Below are positions 16,568 to 29,751 of a DNA stretch of 64,000 nucleotides, piece after piece. The stretch is from Octopus sinensis. Its lineage: Eukaryota. The position numbers were made by a program, and so were the translations under genes. The stretch covers positions 124,806,001-124,870,000 of the forward strand of contig NC_042997.1 of assembly GCF_006345805.1 (NCBI RefSeq). Direction: 5' to 3'. The notes under the pieces were generated by a model. That model saw nothing but the letters and a program-made list of their open reading frames with translations. It was not told the DNA's origin and ran no database searches. Every line of letters starts with the position of its first letter. Positions within the stretch are counted from its first letter, which is position 1.

Positions 16568-16958
16568 CTAATGATGGAACGTTGAAATTTATCAAACGTT
16601 GATGAAGAAGTTAGAAATTTTATTATTTCAAATGAACTCAGAGAGGTTCATAATCTCAAATGAGAAAAACATTTTAACTTAATCATGAACGTGCTTTTTA
16701 ATACTTTTCTCCAAGAATTTGTTCTACAAGCCCGCACACGCACGAACACACCCACACAAACACGCACATAGATGTATATAAGTGTGTATATGTAAGTACT
16801 TATGCTTGTGCCTTTTCACACACACACAAAAGACGCACACAGACATATACTATATATATATATATAAAGTCATAAATCACTTACATATGTGTGTACATAT
16901 ATATACATAAATACACACACACACACACACACATACACACACGCACACACACACACAC

Positions 16959-17042
<84 letters not shown>

Positions 17043-17094
17043 ATTTTTACTCCTTTTACTAGTTTCACCCATGCGGCTGCGGTCATGTTGATAT

Positions 17095-17275
17095 ACACAT
17101 TTACATGCTTAGCAGTATTTCGTCTGCCTCTACGTTCTGAGTTCAATTTACACCGAGGTCGACTTTGCCTTTCATCCTTTCGGGGTCGATTAAATAAGTA
17201 CCAGTTACGCAATGGTTTCGATGTAATCGACTTACCCCCTCCCTACAAATTTCAGGCCTTGTGCCTAGGACAAAA
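17095..17275 (+). mobile_element. SINE family B fragment
   Basis: Core gtatttcgtctgcc...gaggtcgactttgcctttcatcctttcggggtcgat. Confidence 0.8.
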
Positions 17276-17372
17276 GATATATATATATATATATATATAT
17301 CCATTCATACATGCTCACACACCTGTATATGTATATATAAGTATATATATATATGTGTATGTGCATATAATA

Positions 17373-17754
17373 CGAGGGTGCGTAAAAAAGTAATACCATT
17401 TTGTTTACAAACACAGGAACATGTATCATACATCAAAATGAAGCTGGTCCTCTGTGCGTCACATTCCTACTTCTCGACATAGTCACTGTTTCTCTCAATA
17501 GCAATATTCCACCGTCGAATGAGAGCAAGTATCCCTGCCCCATAATATTCTGTTGACTGTTCTTTAAGCTACTTCTTCAGTACAGTTTGCAATTCCTCGT
17601 CACTGGAATAATATTAAGAGAAACGGTGAATATATTGAGAAGTAGGAATGTGATTCACAGAGGACCAGGTTCATTTTGATATATGATATATGTATCTGTG
17701 TTCGTAATTATACCTGTCCTAAACAAAATGGGATTACGTTTTGACTCACCCTTG
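17373..17754. mobile_element. Non-autonomous mariner (MITE-like) with long TIRs and TA target duplication
   Basis: TA|cgagggtgcgtaaaaaagtaataccattttg ... caaaatgggattacgttttgactcacccttg|TA. The interior encodes RRWNIAIERNSDYVEK* on the minus strand. Confidence 0.8.
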
Positions 17755-17820
17755 TATATATAACTACATGTACGTATATATATATATAATAACAATTTAA
17801 TAAATAGAACAATTTAATAA

Positions 17821-17852
<32 letters not shown>

Positions 17853-19795
17853 TTACAGACACCTGCGCATGCACACATACATATGTATATATACAAATAA
17901 TTAAAATATTCCACTAATTTACTAAATGACGCCTGAAAACATTAAAGAACAACATAATCACCTATCGTTCAGGCTTATTGAAAACTACTACATAACCCTA
18001 ACATAAACATACCACTTGTACACACTATAGCGGTATCTCCCTAATTTGTTATACAGTGAGGTACCTTGCCAATGTAGAATATTTTGGTAGTAATTGAAAG
18101 TGTAATACCGCCGTGGTGAAGACGTATAAATAAAGTGAATTAGCTTTAGATATAGATCATCAAAGAACTCTCAGCTACAAAAGACACTTGTATGTTATGT
18201 AACCTGCTCGAATCAACAGTCAAATCCTTCAATGCATATTAAACCGTCTTTAGAACGGACACTATATATAATGTGTTTTTGAAAATAAAAGTAACTATTC
18301 TCAGATGATGCGTTTTTAGCCATATATCTGTAAGTGCGGGCCTTATCGAAAACGTCGCTGGTGTATTATATACAACAGCTTTCATCTTGTTTTAATAAGA
18401 AGTACATTATCATTTTCTGTTTTTCTCATATTCTATTTTGGGTTTTTTTTCTGAAAATTACCACTTACATTTTTATGGTGATATAAACACGGAATTTGCT
18501 CATGGAACTGAACAAACCATGTGCCTGTTGCTTTTTTGTATATCATTCCATGTTGTACTAAGGGCACACAGTGTTATACAGTACTGCACACATTGGTATG
18601 CGCGAATAGCTTGGTAATACGTATCATAATTTCGTTAGCAGTCTCAGATATCTAGGTACTCGCCAACAGACATATCCAACCTCTCGTTCTCCTTTAGTAT
18701 TGACTCAGTGACACTCCACTGCTGTGGTAACTGGGGGAGGAAAGAGCAATACCAGCACAGGGGTTGCACATATTTCCATTTAACTTGACAGGAGAAACAT
18801 GAACTGAAGTGTCTTGCTGGAGGACATAATTCATTTCCATATCCATAAATTGTACTCATGACTATAATTATGAGCCTTGACACCTGATGCACTGGGCTCC
18901 ACTCTTTCGTTGTATAACACATTGAACGCTAATTTTTTTGTTCTACTAACTGCCCACAGTAATCTTCACTCTATTAATTAAATGGTCTCTTGTTTTATTC
19001 AGCACAAATATTCCAGTTTGCACATTATACATCTTTCTTGTACAAACATAGTTATTGTTATTGCCGTAGTGGAACATCCACGATATACATATTTTATAAA
19101 TCTGTGCTGAAAATATTCAGCTACAGAGACTATAAATTTATTTTTAAAACAACAGAAAACTGTCTGTAAATTCTCTTTAGGAAAATTAGATAAACTTAAG
19201 TCTTTATGATCTGACATGTAGCGTGTGCTCCAGCACACACGGCAAGTTTATATTTATCATTCCTTGTTAAAAAATATTTTTAGCAAACGAGAATTTGATA
19301 AAATTAGACAGTAACTACTCATTACTGCCTGATTTTATTTGACTACCAATATATATCATTCATGCCGTATGAATAAACGAGTGTTGATGCATGAGGAAGA
19401 CAGCAGTTAGCTTTTTTTTTTTTTGTTCATTTTATTTAAGCAAGTTTTGAGAACAACAAGATATATAAATACAAAGATCCGCGTGACAGAATTCTGCTTT
19501 CCAGGAAATAATGACGCAACGCGGTATTCTGTAACGTGAAGTTTATTTCCCATGCTGTTTTACGCGATGAATTGAAATGTATTCCGACAGATAAATGATA
19601 ATAAATACAACCAATATAATTTATACACGAAACACATATAGTACAGTTTGTATATCTAATGCAGATAGAGCGAAAAAGCTAAGGAGTAGATAAGGCAGTA
19701 ATATTGAAGTTCGATTGTTAGCACTCACCACAGAAATGTTGACTGATGTTTAGCGCATGGGGATAGGAGAAGGGAATCTACGTTTTACTCTGTAG

Positions 19796-19900
19796 ATCAT
19801 GATCTGCAACGAAGTGAAGAACAATATTGTTTCACATTTACAGTGTATTATTTCATTGTACATCTCAGTATTGAATTTGAGTTTATAAGAAACTCTTTCT
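19796..19900 (+). other. Candidate 105-nt phase 1-1 exon
   Basis: ttttactctgtag|...open frame HDLQRSEEQYCFTFTVYYFIVHLSIEFEFIRNSF...|gtaaga. Confidence 0.25.
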
Positions 19901-20058
19901 GTAAGATTCACTGACCCTGTGAGTGTCTTTCGGGGTCTTCAATTGATATAAAAAGACCATTTTTATAAACATAGTTTTGCACATCTACCCAACCTATCCT
20001 TCGTCTTTCAATAATACACTACACATTATAGTTTGTTTTATTATTACATACAGACACT

Positions 20059-20460
20059 AAGGCGGCAAGCTGGCAGAACCGTTACCACGCCGTGCGAAAT
20101 GCTTCGTGATATTTCTTCTGCCGTTACGTTCTGAGTTCAAATTCCGCCGAGGTCGACTTTTCCTTTCATCCTTTCGGGGTCGATTAAATAAGTACCAGTT
20201 ACGCACTGGCTCAATATAATCGACTTAATCTGTTTGTCTGTCCTTATTCGTCCCCTCTGTCTGTTTAGCCCCTTGTGAGTAGTAAAGAAATAGGTATTTC
20301 GTCTGCCGTTACGTTCTGAGTTCAAATTCCGCCAAGTTCGACTTTGCTTTTCATGCTTTTGGGTCGATAAGTTAAGTACCAGTGAGTCACTAGAGTCGAT
20401 GTAATCGACTAATCCCCTCCCCTCAAATTACAAGAATTGTGTATATAGTACAAAGGATTA
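20059..20460 (+). mobile_element. SINE family B, tandem partial dimer
   Basis: Head aaggcggcaagctggcagaa; the core repeats at about 20115 and 20295. Confidence 0.9.
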
Positions 20461-21171
20461 TTACACACGCACTGTTTTTATGTCTTTAAAATTTGATTTT
20501 CTTCTAATTTTTTACTAACTTTTGTCATAGTTCTTACAAAAATAATTCATTAAGAGAGCAAATTAGTTCAAATGTTACAGCATCAGATACAATATTTTGT
20601 TATATTCATTCATTGTCTGCTATCTGAGTTCCCATTTCGCCGAGGTCAGCTCGTCTGTTCACCATTTCGAGTTCACTAAATAAAAAATCAAGCAATGGAG
20701 TCGAATTCATTCACATTTTCTCTTGATTGTACTTGAAGCTTAACGATCCATCTTCGCCATAATGCGCTATACTACATATGCCAGAAGAGTTTAATTAAAT
20801 CTACGCATAAGTGTCGGAATACTCAACCACTTACATGTTAATTTCGCAAACAGACATACAGTTGATGGAACAAATGGAATATTAACCCACAAATAAGTGC
20901 TAATATTTCATACCGAAATAGGGTGGCGAGCTAGCAGAATCATTACTGGCCAGGCAAAATGCGCAGCGATGGTTCTTCCAACTTTACATTCTGAGTGCAA
21001 TGACACCGCGTTCGCCTTTACCTTTCATCCCATTTCGGAGTTGGTTAGTAAGTACCAGTTGAGCACTAGGATCAATGAAATCGATTTACCCCGTCCCCGA
21101 AATTGCTACACTTGTGCCGAAATACCTGATAAATATTTCATACCTTAGACAAGTCCAAACAGTGACCTGAA

Positions 21172-21184
21172 CAATAACAATAAC

Positions 21185-21245
<61 letters not shown>

Positions 21246-21400
21246 TCGAAAAATACCTTAGGAATGAGAACCCAGGTTCGTAATTTCCCACGACACTTAA
21301 GAAGGCTGGAGGGTACATCAGCCGAAACGTTGTGTTAACAACAAACAAGATGAGGACAAATATCCGTTGAATGTAAATACTGTAAATAACGTTAGACAAG
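21172..21400 (+). repeat. (AAT)n array followed by a short repeat with a degenerate hammerhead-like motif
   Basis: AAT array 21172-21243; gacac-ttaaga-aggctg-N10-cagcc-gaaac-gtt-gtgtt at 21292-21336. Confidence 0.45.
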
Positions 21401-21610
21401 TTTATTGATAGGTATTTGTCGATATAGATACGAAGGCTGTTATTACAAAGCAAATATATTGCTACACATCGTATATATATATTTATTCTTTGTACCAGTT
21501 CAGTTTCTTAAATTCTTCGGTGTTATTTTACTGTGTGGTCTGTCTGGCCATTTACAATTTAGTGTGTAGTCTAAACCTTATCCTAAACTCAGGGCCGTCT
21601 TGACAGCGTT

Positions 21611-22060
21611 GTAGAAACCTGAGAAAATCAGTACGCTGGTCCCTATAGCATTTACACATTGACAACAAGCTACCTTAAAAGTTGTTCTTCAATGAAGTGT
21701 TCTTCTTAGCTGTTTATTGTTACAATGTCAGAACCGGATCCCTAAAACCATGAGACCCCTGAATAACGGACTTTTATGCCTATGCCTTAGGACGTACGGC
21801 CTGAACTTTATCCCAGCTCATGCACTAACCAAGATCAGGTCATTTTATAAGGTGTAGAAACCTGAGCAAATCAGTACAATGGTTCCTGTTCTTCTTCAAT
21901 GAAGTGTTCTTCTTAGCTGTTTCTTGCTACAATGTCAGAATTGGAGCCTTAAAACCACGAGACCCCTGAATAACTGCCTTTTATGCCTATGCCTTAGGAC
22001 TACAACCTAAACCTTACCCAAGCCCTAACACTAACCAAGATCAGGTCATTTTATAAGGTG
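21611..22060 (+). repeat. Imperfect tandem duplication (units of about 245 and 205 bp)
   Basis: Both units run gtagaaacctgag...cttcaatgaagtgttcttcttagctg...actaaccaagatcaggtcattttataaggtg. Confidence 0.9.
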
Positions 22061-22630
22061 ATCTACGGATACAACTCTAGACCACACACTACAGTAGCAC
22101 CAACTCTTTTCTTTATATAGTCTGCAACGGTAATCGGCTTTCTTTCGAAAGATAAGGTTTACAAATTGTCAACTATTTTTTTTCCACTTGATTAAAAATT
22201 ATGAATCCAATAACTTTTCAATATCCTCGCTCTTTGAAAAATTTTTTAATCAAACAAGATTTTAAAAAGAAACCTATTTTATGACATAAATAAATAATTG
22301 ACTACATAAGCAAATATATAGAAAATACAGAGACACACAGACAATACGTGCATATGTAAACATCTTTTATTGGTTCTTGCTATAAATTTAATAAAAATGT
22401 AACCCGAAGAACGTGCAACACATTATGCCTACATAATACGTTGTGTTGGTGTGTGCGTCAAAGTTTCTACGTATATATATATACATAATTAGATAACTTG
22501 AATTTTGCAGTAGGCGGGTTTCATACATACATATACACATAGATGTGTGTGCGTGGGTTTGAGTGTCTGGTGAGACAAATATGATAATAGATCACGTGTT
22601 ATACATACATATGTGTGTGTGCGTGTGTGT

Positions 22631-22676
<46 letters not shown>

Positions 22677-22689
22677 ATATATATATATA

Positions 22690-22860
22690 TTTGACTGCGG
22701 CCAAGCTAGAGCTCCGGCTTCAATCAAACAAATCGTCACAAAAGACTTATTCTTTGTACGCCTACTACATATTCAATCGGTTTCTTTTTGCGTAATATCT
22801 AAACACAACACCATCAGTTGACAAGCGATGTTGGAGGGACAGCGAGACACACACACAAAT
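22690..22860 (-). mobile_element. SINE family A 3' fragment
   Basis: ttgactgcggcca...gttgacaagcgatgttgg. Confidence 0.65.
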
Positions 22861-22875
22861 GCATATATATGTATA

Positions 22876-22906
<31 letters not shown>

Positions 22907-22922
22907 GCACACATGTATATGC

Positions 22923-22962
<40 letters not shown>

Positions 22963-23091
22963 CTGCATGAGTTAGAGGTTAACATACCGTATAAGGGATA
23001 TCAAATATCCAATACATTAGTGGATGTGCACCTAAGTATTTTTAACCAAGTGCTTACTATCGCATGGCAATATTGCAATTGAATACTAGGC

Positions 23092-23152
<61 letters not shown>

Positions 23153-23306
23153 ATATATTTATAAGTATATATTTATAAATACACAGACAACACAGAAATA
23201 GACAACCCATAAAACATCGTTTTATGTTTATTTTAACTTGAAACGTTTTATATTTTTTCTTAATTGACATTGTTACGTTTCAGATTATACATGTGACTGC
23301 TTAATC

Positions 23307-24325
23307 ATGCCACGTATAAAAGAATCCTTGGAACTGTACGAATTTCAGAGAGGCCATATTGTGGTTCAATCCGAATGTAGACTTAATGCAAAATCGCAGG
23401 AAACACTAGGATCCCGCTTTCTACAGTTAATAGAGTGATTGTGCAATTCACCAGAGAGTGGAAGGAGTCTGCATCACCTTGCCCAGGTCGACCAGGTCCC
23501 TCTGACAGAACCTTTCGGTTTGTTAAGAAAAGTGTGGAGGATAATCCTCGTTGCAAGGTCTCTGACATAGCAGGACAAGCTGATGTCAGTCCCAGAACAG
23601 CTGTCAGGTATCTTCCCAAAATTGGCTACAATGGCAGAGTAGCAAGAAAGAAACCGTTTCTTCTACCAGCCAATATGAAGCGAAAAAAAGATTAGACCAG
23701 TGAGATGGTGGAGAGATCACTAGCATTTTGGGACACTGTCATATTCTCTGATGAGTCCAGATCTGATGTATTTTTTGACAGTGGTCGAGTGTGGGTCTGG
23801 AGACTCTATGATCAAGAAATTGATATGAAAAGGTTGCAGCCAACAACGAAATATGGCAGCTATTCTGTTATGGTCTGGGGAGCAATTTGAAGCAATGGTT
23901 GATCAGAGCTGATGAAATGTGAGGGAAAGATAAATTCAGATAAATATGTCCCCATATAGCAGAAAGGGCTCCTTCCTATCCTTTCCAGTGGTGAACTGAT
24001 TAAAGAAGGCTCTTTATTTATGGAAGATGGGGTTCCTTGTTATACAGGTTAAGAGATCCAAGATTTGTTGGAAGAGAATGGTAAGAAAAAGCTTCAACGT
24101 CGAAGCTAGCCACCAGATATGAATCCTATTGAACACCTCTTGTGCATAATGGACAGGACACTTCGTAAAAAGAACAAGAAAGCATCCTCAAATCCAGATC
24201 TTTTGAGATTACTGCATGAAACTTGGCATGAAATTTGCTAAGAGAATATTCGTCATCCGATTAGTAACATGGCTAATACAGTCCTTTCACTGAAAAATGC
24301 AATGGGCAAGTCAACTAAATATTAG
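23307..24325 (+). mobile_element. Tc1-like (DD34E) transposase pseudogene
   Basis: MPRIKESLELYEFQRGHIV..., [51 protein letters not shown]; contains stops and frameshifts. Confidence 0.9.
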
Positions 24326-24590
24326 ATCTTCACATTAAAATAATTAACAAATAATGTGAATATATAATTTCAGATTTAAATAAATTTTAACAATTATAAT
24401 AGTGTCTGTTTACTTCGGTCGTGTATGTGGATACATATAAGTAATATGGATGGCTTATTAGGAATTTAATAACCTAAAGACAAATGTATATACGTCACTA
24501 AAGTGACAGAGGGTGCAAAGTGGTACCAGCATAGCTAAAAATAAAGTCAAAACTACTCATTAGCCACAAGAGCAGTATCTTAATAAGCTG

Positions 24591-24672
<82 letters not shown>

Positions 24673-24911
24673 ATGCCTGAGTGGGCAGCTGAGTAGTAAG
24701 AGCTACATATCTCATTATTTGAAACAGCTTGATTCAGTTTAGTTAGCTAAGCATGAACGAGCTAGACTTCTGTAAAGAGGCCTGCGAGACTTTCAGTCGC
24801 ATACACCCGAATAAACCTATTTAAAGTAATATCATATAAGTATCATATTTTAAATATCATATTTTAAGTAAGATATATATATATATACATGTATATATAT
24901 ACATATATATA

Positions 24912-24961
<50 letters not shown>

Positions 24962-24985
24962 TTTATATATATGTATGTATATATG

Positions 24986-25028
<43 letters not shown>

Positions 25029-25035
25029 ATATGTA

Positions 25036-25094
<59 letters not shown>

Positions 25095-26550
25095 ATATAT
25101 ATATGTTTCTATGCATGAGTGTATTTAGACACGCATATGTATACATATTTATGAAGAAATGTCTGTCTATAAATATATATATATATATATACACAGCCCA
25201 CACGCCCCGATATACTTTTGTGTTTGTATGTCTCTGTATTTGTGTATTAAATATGCACTCGCAGGGCCTGCATAAGTGACATTGGCGAAATCACACAACC
25301 TCTGCTTCTAGACCGAATCATTAAATATATGGCTCTGTGTGTGGTGTGTGGGGTGCGTGTTCTGCGTACGCTTGTATGTGTGCGTGTATTTGTATGTCAG
25401 TGTGTTAGTGTGTGACTTAGTGTGTATGCATGTGAATATGTTGCCTGTGTATGTGTATGTGTGTATGGTCTATGTTGTGAGTGTGTATGTGTCTATTTAC
25501 ATGGTTTTGCCATTCTCACTGTGTGCCAATAATATGCCAATGGTGGAAGTCAGAATGGCGTCACAATTTGGCATCCATCGTCAAATTGCTTTTTAAATCA
25601 ATTAACTCAGTTTTGTTTCTCTATTTGTAGTAGGAAGTTTTACAACGCTTGCAACTATAAACAAATCTAAGAAAAGCAATTACAGATGTTGTTTTTGTTT
25701 GCCACTCGTTAAAAATAGCGTCATAAAGACACAAGCTAAGGTATCTGGGGAGAATAATGTCAGACAATCTGTTAAGAAAGCATCCAGGAACAATGAGATT
25801 TTGTTGAAATTAAGGGAAGGAATGATAGGGGAAGTAAAATGCGTATCTGTTAATATAAGGATTCAAAGAATAAAAAAAATAATAGTTTTGTAATTGGTAA
25901 CTAATAAAGAGATGTAAAAATATTATTAGCCCTGTTGGCGCGACTAATAATTAGCTCTGGTATTAATTAAAAGGGTAATTCGATCTATCAAAGTTCAATC
26001 CATATAGAATCCATTGCGAAGCGGTAGTAATAAAACTAAATGAAGGACTGGGTCGTTAACGTACAAAAAGATTAACACCAAGTAATTGTAGTATAGGAAA
26101 CAGCTATTTACTGTATAGAGCTGCCACTGCACACACCGGTAAGCTAGTTGTTATTTTAGTGTCTGCTGAGAGTTTAGGTTGTAGTATTGTAACTGTCATG
26201 TAACTAAAATATTTGCTTTTAGTTATCATTATAGAAAATGTCAACAGTTGCGCATATATCCTGTTCAATACCAACCCATAAATATTTTTTCGTTCCATTT
26301 CTAATATATACATTATGACAGTTTTTGCACATCCAAATTGTTAATACTTTCACAATCATGGTACTTGTGCGCTTCACAAATCTACGAACCATGCAGAGGA
26401 TAACGCCAAACAATTTAAATCGAAAATTTAAACATTTGTAGGTCCCGCCTTGATGACTTTATCTCTAAAACCATCAAAATACAGAAGTTTAAGTTCAACT
26501 TCAAGCTTTCTTGACTTAGTCTTCAGGTCTGGGAAGGAGAACAAATAAGT

Positions 26551-26818
26551 TTTTACTCTTTACTCTCTTTTATTCTTTTACTTGTTTCAGTCATTTGACT
26601 GTGGGCATGCTGGAGCACCGTCTTTAGTCGAGCAAATCGACCCCAGGACTTATTCTTTGTAAGCCTAGAACTTATTCTATCCGTCTCTGTTCCCGAACCG
26701 CTAAGTTACGGGGACGTATACACACCAGCATCGGTTGTCAAGCGATGTTGGGAGGACAAACACAGACACACAAACACACAAACACACACACACATACACA
26801 CACACAGATATATATATA

Positions 26819-26850
<32 letters not shown>

Positions 26851-27066
26851 TATATATACATATATATATATATAATATATTATATATATATATATATATA
26901 TATACATATATACGACGGGCTTCCTTCAGTTTCTGTCCACCAAATCCACTCACAAGCTTTTGGTCGGCTCGAGGCTAAAATAGAAGACACTTGCCCAAGT
27001 TGGGACTGAACCCAGAACCATGTGGTTGGTAAGCAAGCTACTTACCACACAGCCACTCCTGCGCCT
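26551..27066 (-). mobile_element. SINE family A, full length with expanded internal TA tract
   Basis: Collinear with 13243-13694. Confidence 0.9.
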
Positions 27067-27388
27067 GGGAACGCATGAAATGTTTCTAAAAAGAAATATA
27101 TCCAGGCAATTTGCTATAAGATTTCCGAATGACATCTTCAAGAAATGTAAATGCATGATTAATTTGATATGATATAAGAATAATTTGAATATCCAACATA
27201 TACAGTTTTCATACATGAGAATTATTTACAATTACTATAAGGGTAACAGATAACTGTATGCTGACAAGTTCGTTAAACAAAATACGTTTATGATGTTCGT
27301 TCCTGTTCTCTAGGAATCTTGCAGAGGATAATTTTGCAATAATTCTTCCGCGATGGATAAAATAGAGTACCAGTCAACTTATAAGTTA

Positions 27389-27722
27389 CTAGCAGTATCG
27401 CCCGGCGTTGCTCAGGTTTGTAAGGGAAATAACTATAAAGCAGTTAAAAGCAGTTTTGAGAGTTAAAAAAGGTGGAGTTGCGTCCCCTAGACGGTCTGTG
27501 GCTTGGGTTTCTGATTCTCGACCCCCTGTCGAATTTATCGATTTTTTTCAGAACTGAGGGAACTTTTCAAAATTTTCGCTGCGTTAGTTTTGAATTATGA
27601 CATTGGGCTATGTGTGTGTCAAGTTTCATCAGAATCGGTTGAAAGCCGTGGTCAGAGTGAGGGTACGAGAAAACAGACACACAGAAAACGCACAGACAAA
27701 CTGCCGTTTATATAGAGAGAGA
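27389..27722 (-). mobile_element. Non-autonomous Helitron-like element
   Basis: On the minus strand, A|TCtctctctatataaacggcag at the 5' end. The 3' end is cctgagcaacgccgggcgatactgCTAG|T, a GC hairpin followed by CTAG, inserted between A and T. Confidence 0.75.
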
Positions 27723-27973
27723 TTTCAATCGACCAAACACTCCCACAAAATATTTTGTTTCGTACATATTTCACAAAGACTTCTAATGATTATAATTAGG
27801 CGACGAATTCTAATACTTTTAAGCGTTTATATCGTTAATTGGTTGATCTTTACGTTTTTCTTAAAAAGTTTCAGCAATTATTTATCGGTCCCGTGGATTT
27901 CCTAAGAAAAACAGAAAAATGAAAACGGTGCTGTGATGTTCATGCATTTACTAAGGGGTTTATTCAGATGGCT

Positions 27974-28492
27974 GTGGAGGCGCATGGCTTAGTGGTTACG
28001 GTGTCAGCATCATGATCGTAAGATTGTGGTTTCGATTCCTGGACCGCGCGACGAGTTGTGTTCTTGAGGAAAACACTTCATTTCACGTTGCTCCAGTCCA
28101 CTCAGCTGGCAAAAATGAGTAACGCTGCGATGGATTGGCGTCCCATCCAGCTGGGGAACACATATGCCATTGAAACCGGGAAACCGGGCCCATGAGCCTG
28201 GCTAGGCTTTAAAAGGACGCATTTATTTGTGGAGGCACGTGGCTTAGTGGTTAGGGTGTCAGCATCATGATCGTAAGATTGTGGTTTCGATTCCTGTACT
28301 GGGCGACGCGTTGTGTTCTTGAGCAAAACACTTCATTTCACGTTACTCCAGTCCACTCAGCTCGCAAAAATGAGTAACGCTGCGATCGACTGGCATCCCG
28401 TCCAGCTGGGAAACACATACGCCATTGAAACCGGGAAAGCGGGCCCATGAGCTTGGCTAGGCTTTAAAAGGGTGGATTTATTTTATTTTATT
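27974..28492 (+). mobile_element. SINE family C, head-to-tail dimer (255-bp unit)
   Basis: Units start gtggaggcgcatggcttagtgg (27974) and gtggaggcacgtggcttagtgg (28229); B-box-like ggtttcgattcc; ATTT tail. Confidence 0.9.
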
Positions 28493-29138
28493 TAGATGGC
28501 TATGAAATGGCTGCCTGTAGAAATCGAACTTCATTTCATAGTTTTGTTCATTTTTGCTTATCAACTCATCAAAGATTCTGACCTTTAATAATTCATTAAT
28601 ATGAATAATTACTTTCGATGATTTAGCAAAGTATTTAAGATTTGTTGATGAGAGTTATCCATTAACAGATGCCACACATTCTAGTCACATGAGCCACGTC
28701 AGAACTTCAGAATAATTTAATAAAGTAATCATTGATTTTAGAACTGTGCATACTTTCAAATCTATAAGCCTACACAAACATGCGGTGTTGATGGACGAAC
28801 AGTTCCATGTAATTTCGGTATAATAGCAATCATAAGAATGCTCAGTGTGCGATGGATTATACACCCGTCCATAACTCTCAATAAAATAATTACAGTAATT
28901 CCTTGACTATCGTGGGTGTTACGTTCCCAAACCTCCCACGATAGGTGAAAATCTACGAAATAGAAACAGTACTGTATTGTATGTTTTTTTATATTATTTT
29001 TATAATTTATTTTATTATAAATGCAAAACAACACGGGGAGATTGACGTAAGCTTAAATAATAAACCGAGATAGGTGAAACGCGGTAGGTGAACCGCGATA
29101 TGACGAGGGAACACTGTTTAAATATCCTTCTTATTTGT

Positions 29139-29560
29139 GAAGCGGCGAGCTGCCAGAATCGATAGCACGCTGGACGAAATGCTTAGCAGTATTTCGTCAG
29201 ACTTTACCTTTCATCCTTTCGGGCTCGATGAATTAAGTACCAGTTGCGTACTGCGGTCGATCTAATCGACTGGCCCCCTCCCCCAAAATTTGGGCCTTGT
29301 GCCTTGAGTAGAAAAGAATAGAAAATAATATCTTTCTACTTTGTAAAGGCGGCGAGCTGGCAGAATCGATAGCACGCCAGACGAAATGCTTAGCAGTGCT
29401 TCATCCGACTTTACATTCCCAGATCATATTCCGCAGCGGTCGACTTTGCTTTTCATCCTTTCTGGGTCGATAAAATAAATACCAACTGAGCACTGAGGTC
29501 AATGTAATCGACTATCCCGTTCCCTAAAATTACTGGCCTTGTGCCAAAAGTTCAAATCAA
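29139..29560 (+). mobile_element. Two adjacent SINE family B copies
   Basis: Heads agcggcgagctgccagaatc (about 29140) and aaggcggcgagctggcagaatc (about 29346). Confidence 0.85.
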
Positions 29561-29751
29561 TATCTTTCTACCTTCTCTTTGGTATCCCTTAAATATACTT
29601 ATAAAAATAACAATAACATTTTCTATTCTTCTCAAACACAATAGTTCCAGCATTAAGAAACACGTATTTTTCAGTGAGTATGACGGAATACCAGTTTTAA
29701 AAGCAGGTGAATTCTACACAGATCAGCATTTAATTGGTATTAATTTTTATC

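Noticed and set aside
25036-25094. (TATC)n array without a Tx1 insertion
   Set aside because: An unoccupied array neither supports nor contradicts target specificity.
27974-28060. tRNA-like sequences with A/B boxes
   Set aside because: They are SINE heads continuing into SINE bodies, with no clean cloverleaf or acceptor stem, so they are not called tRNA genes.
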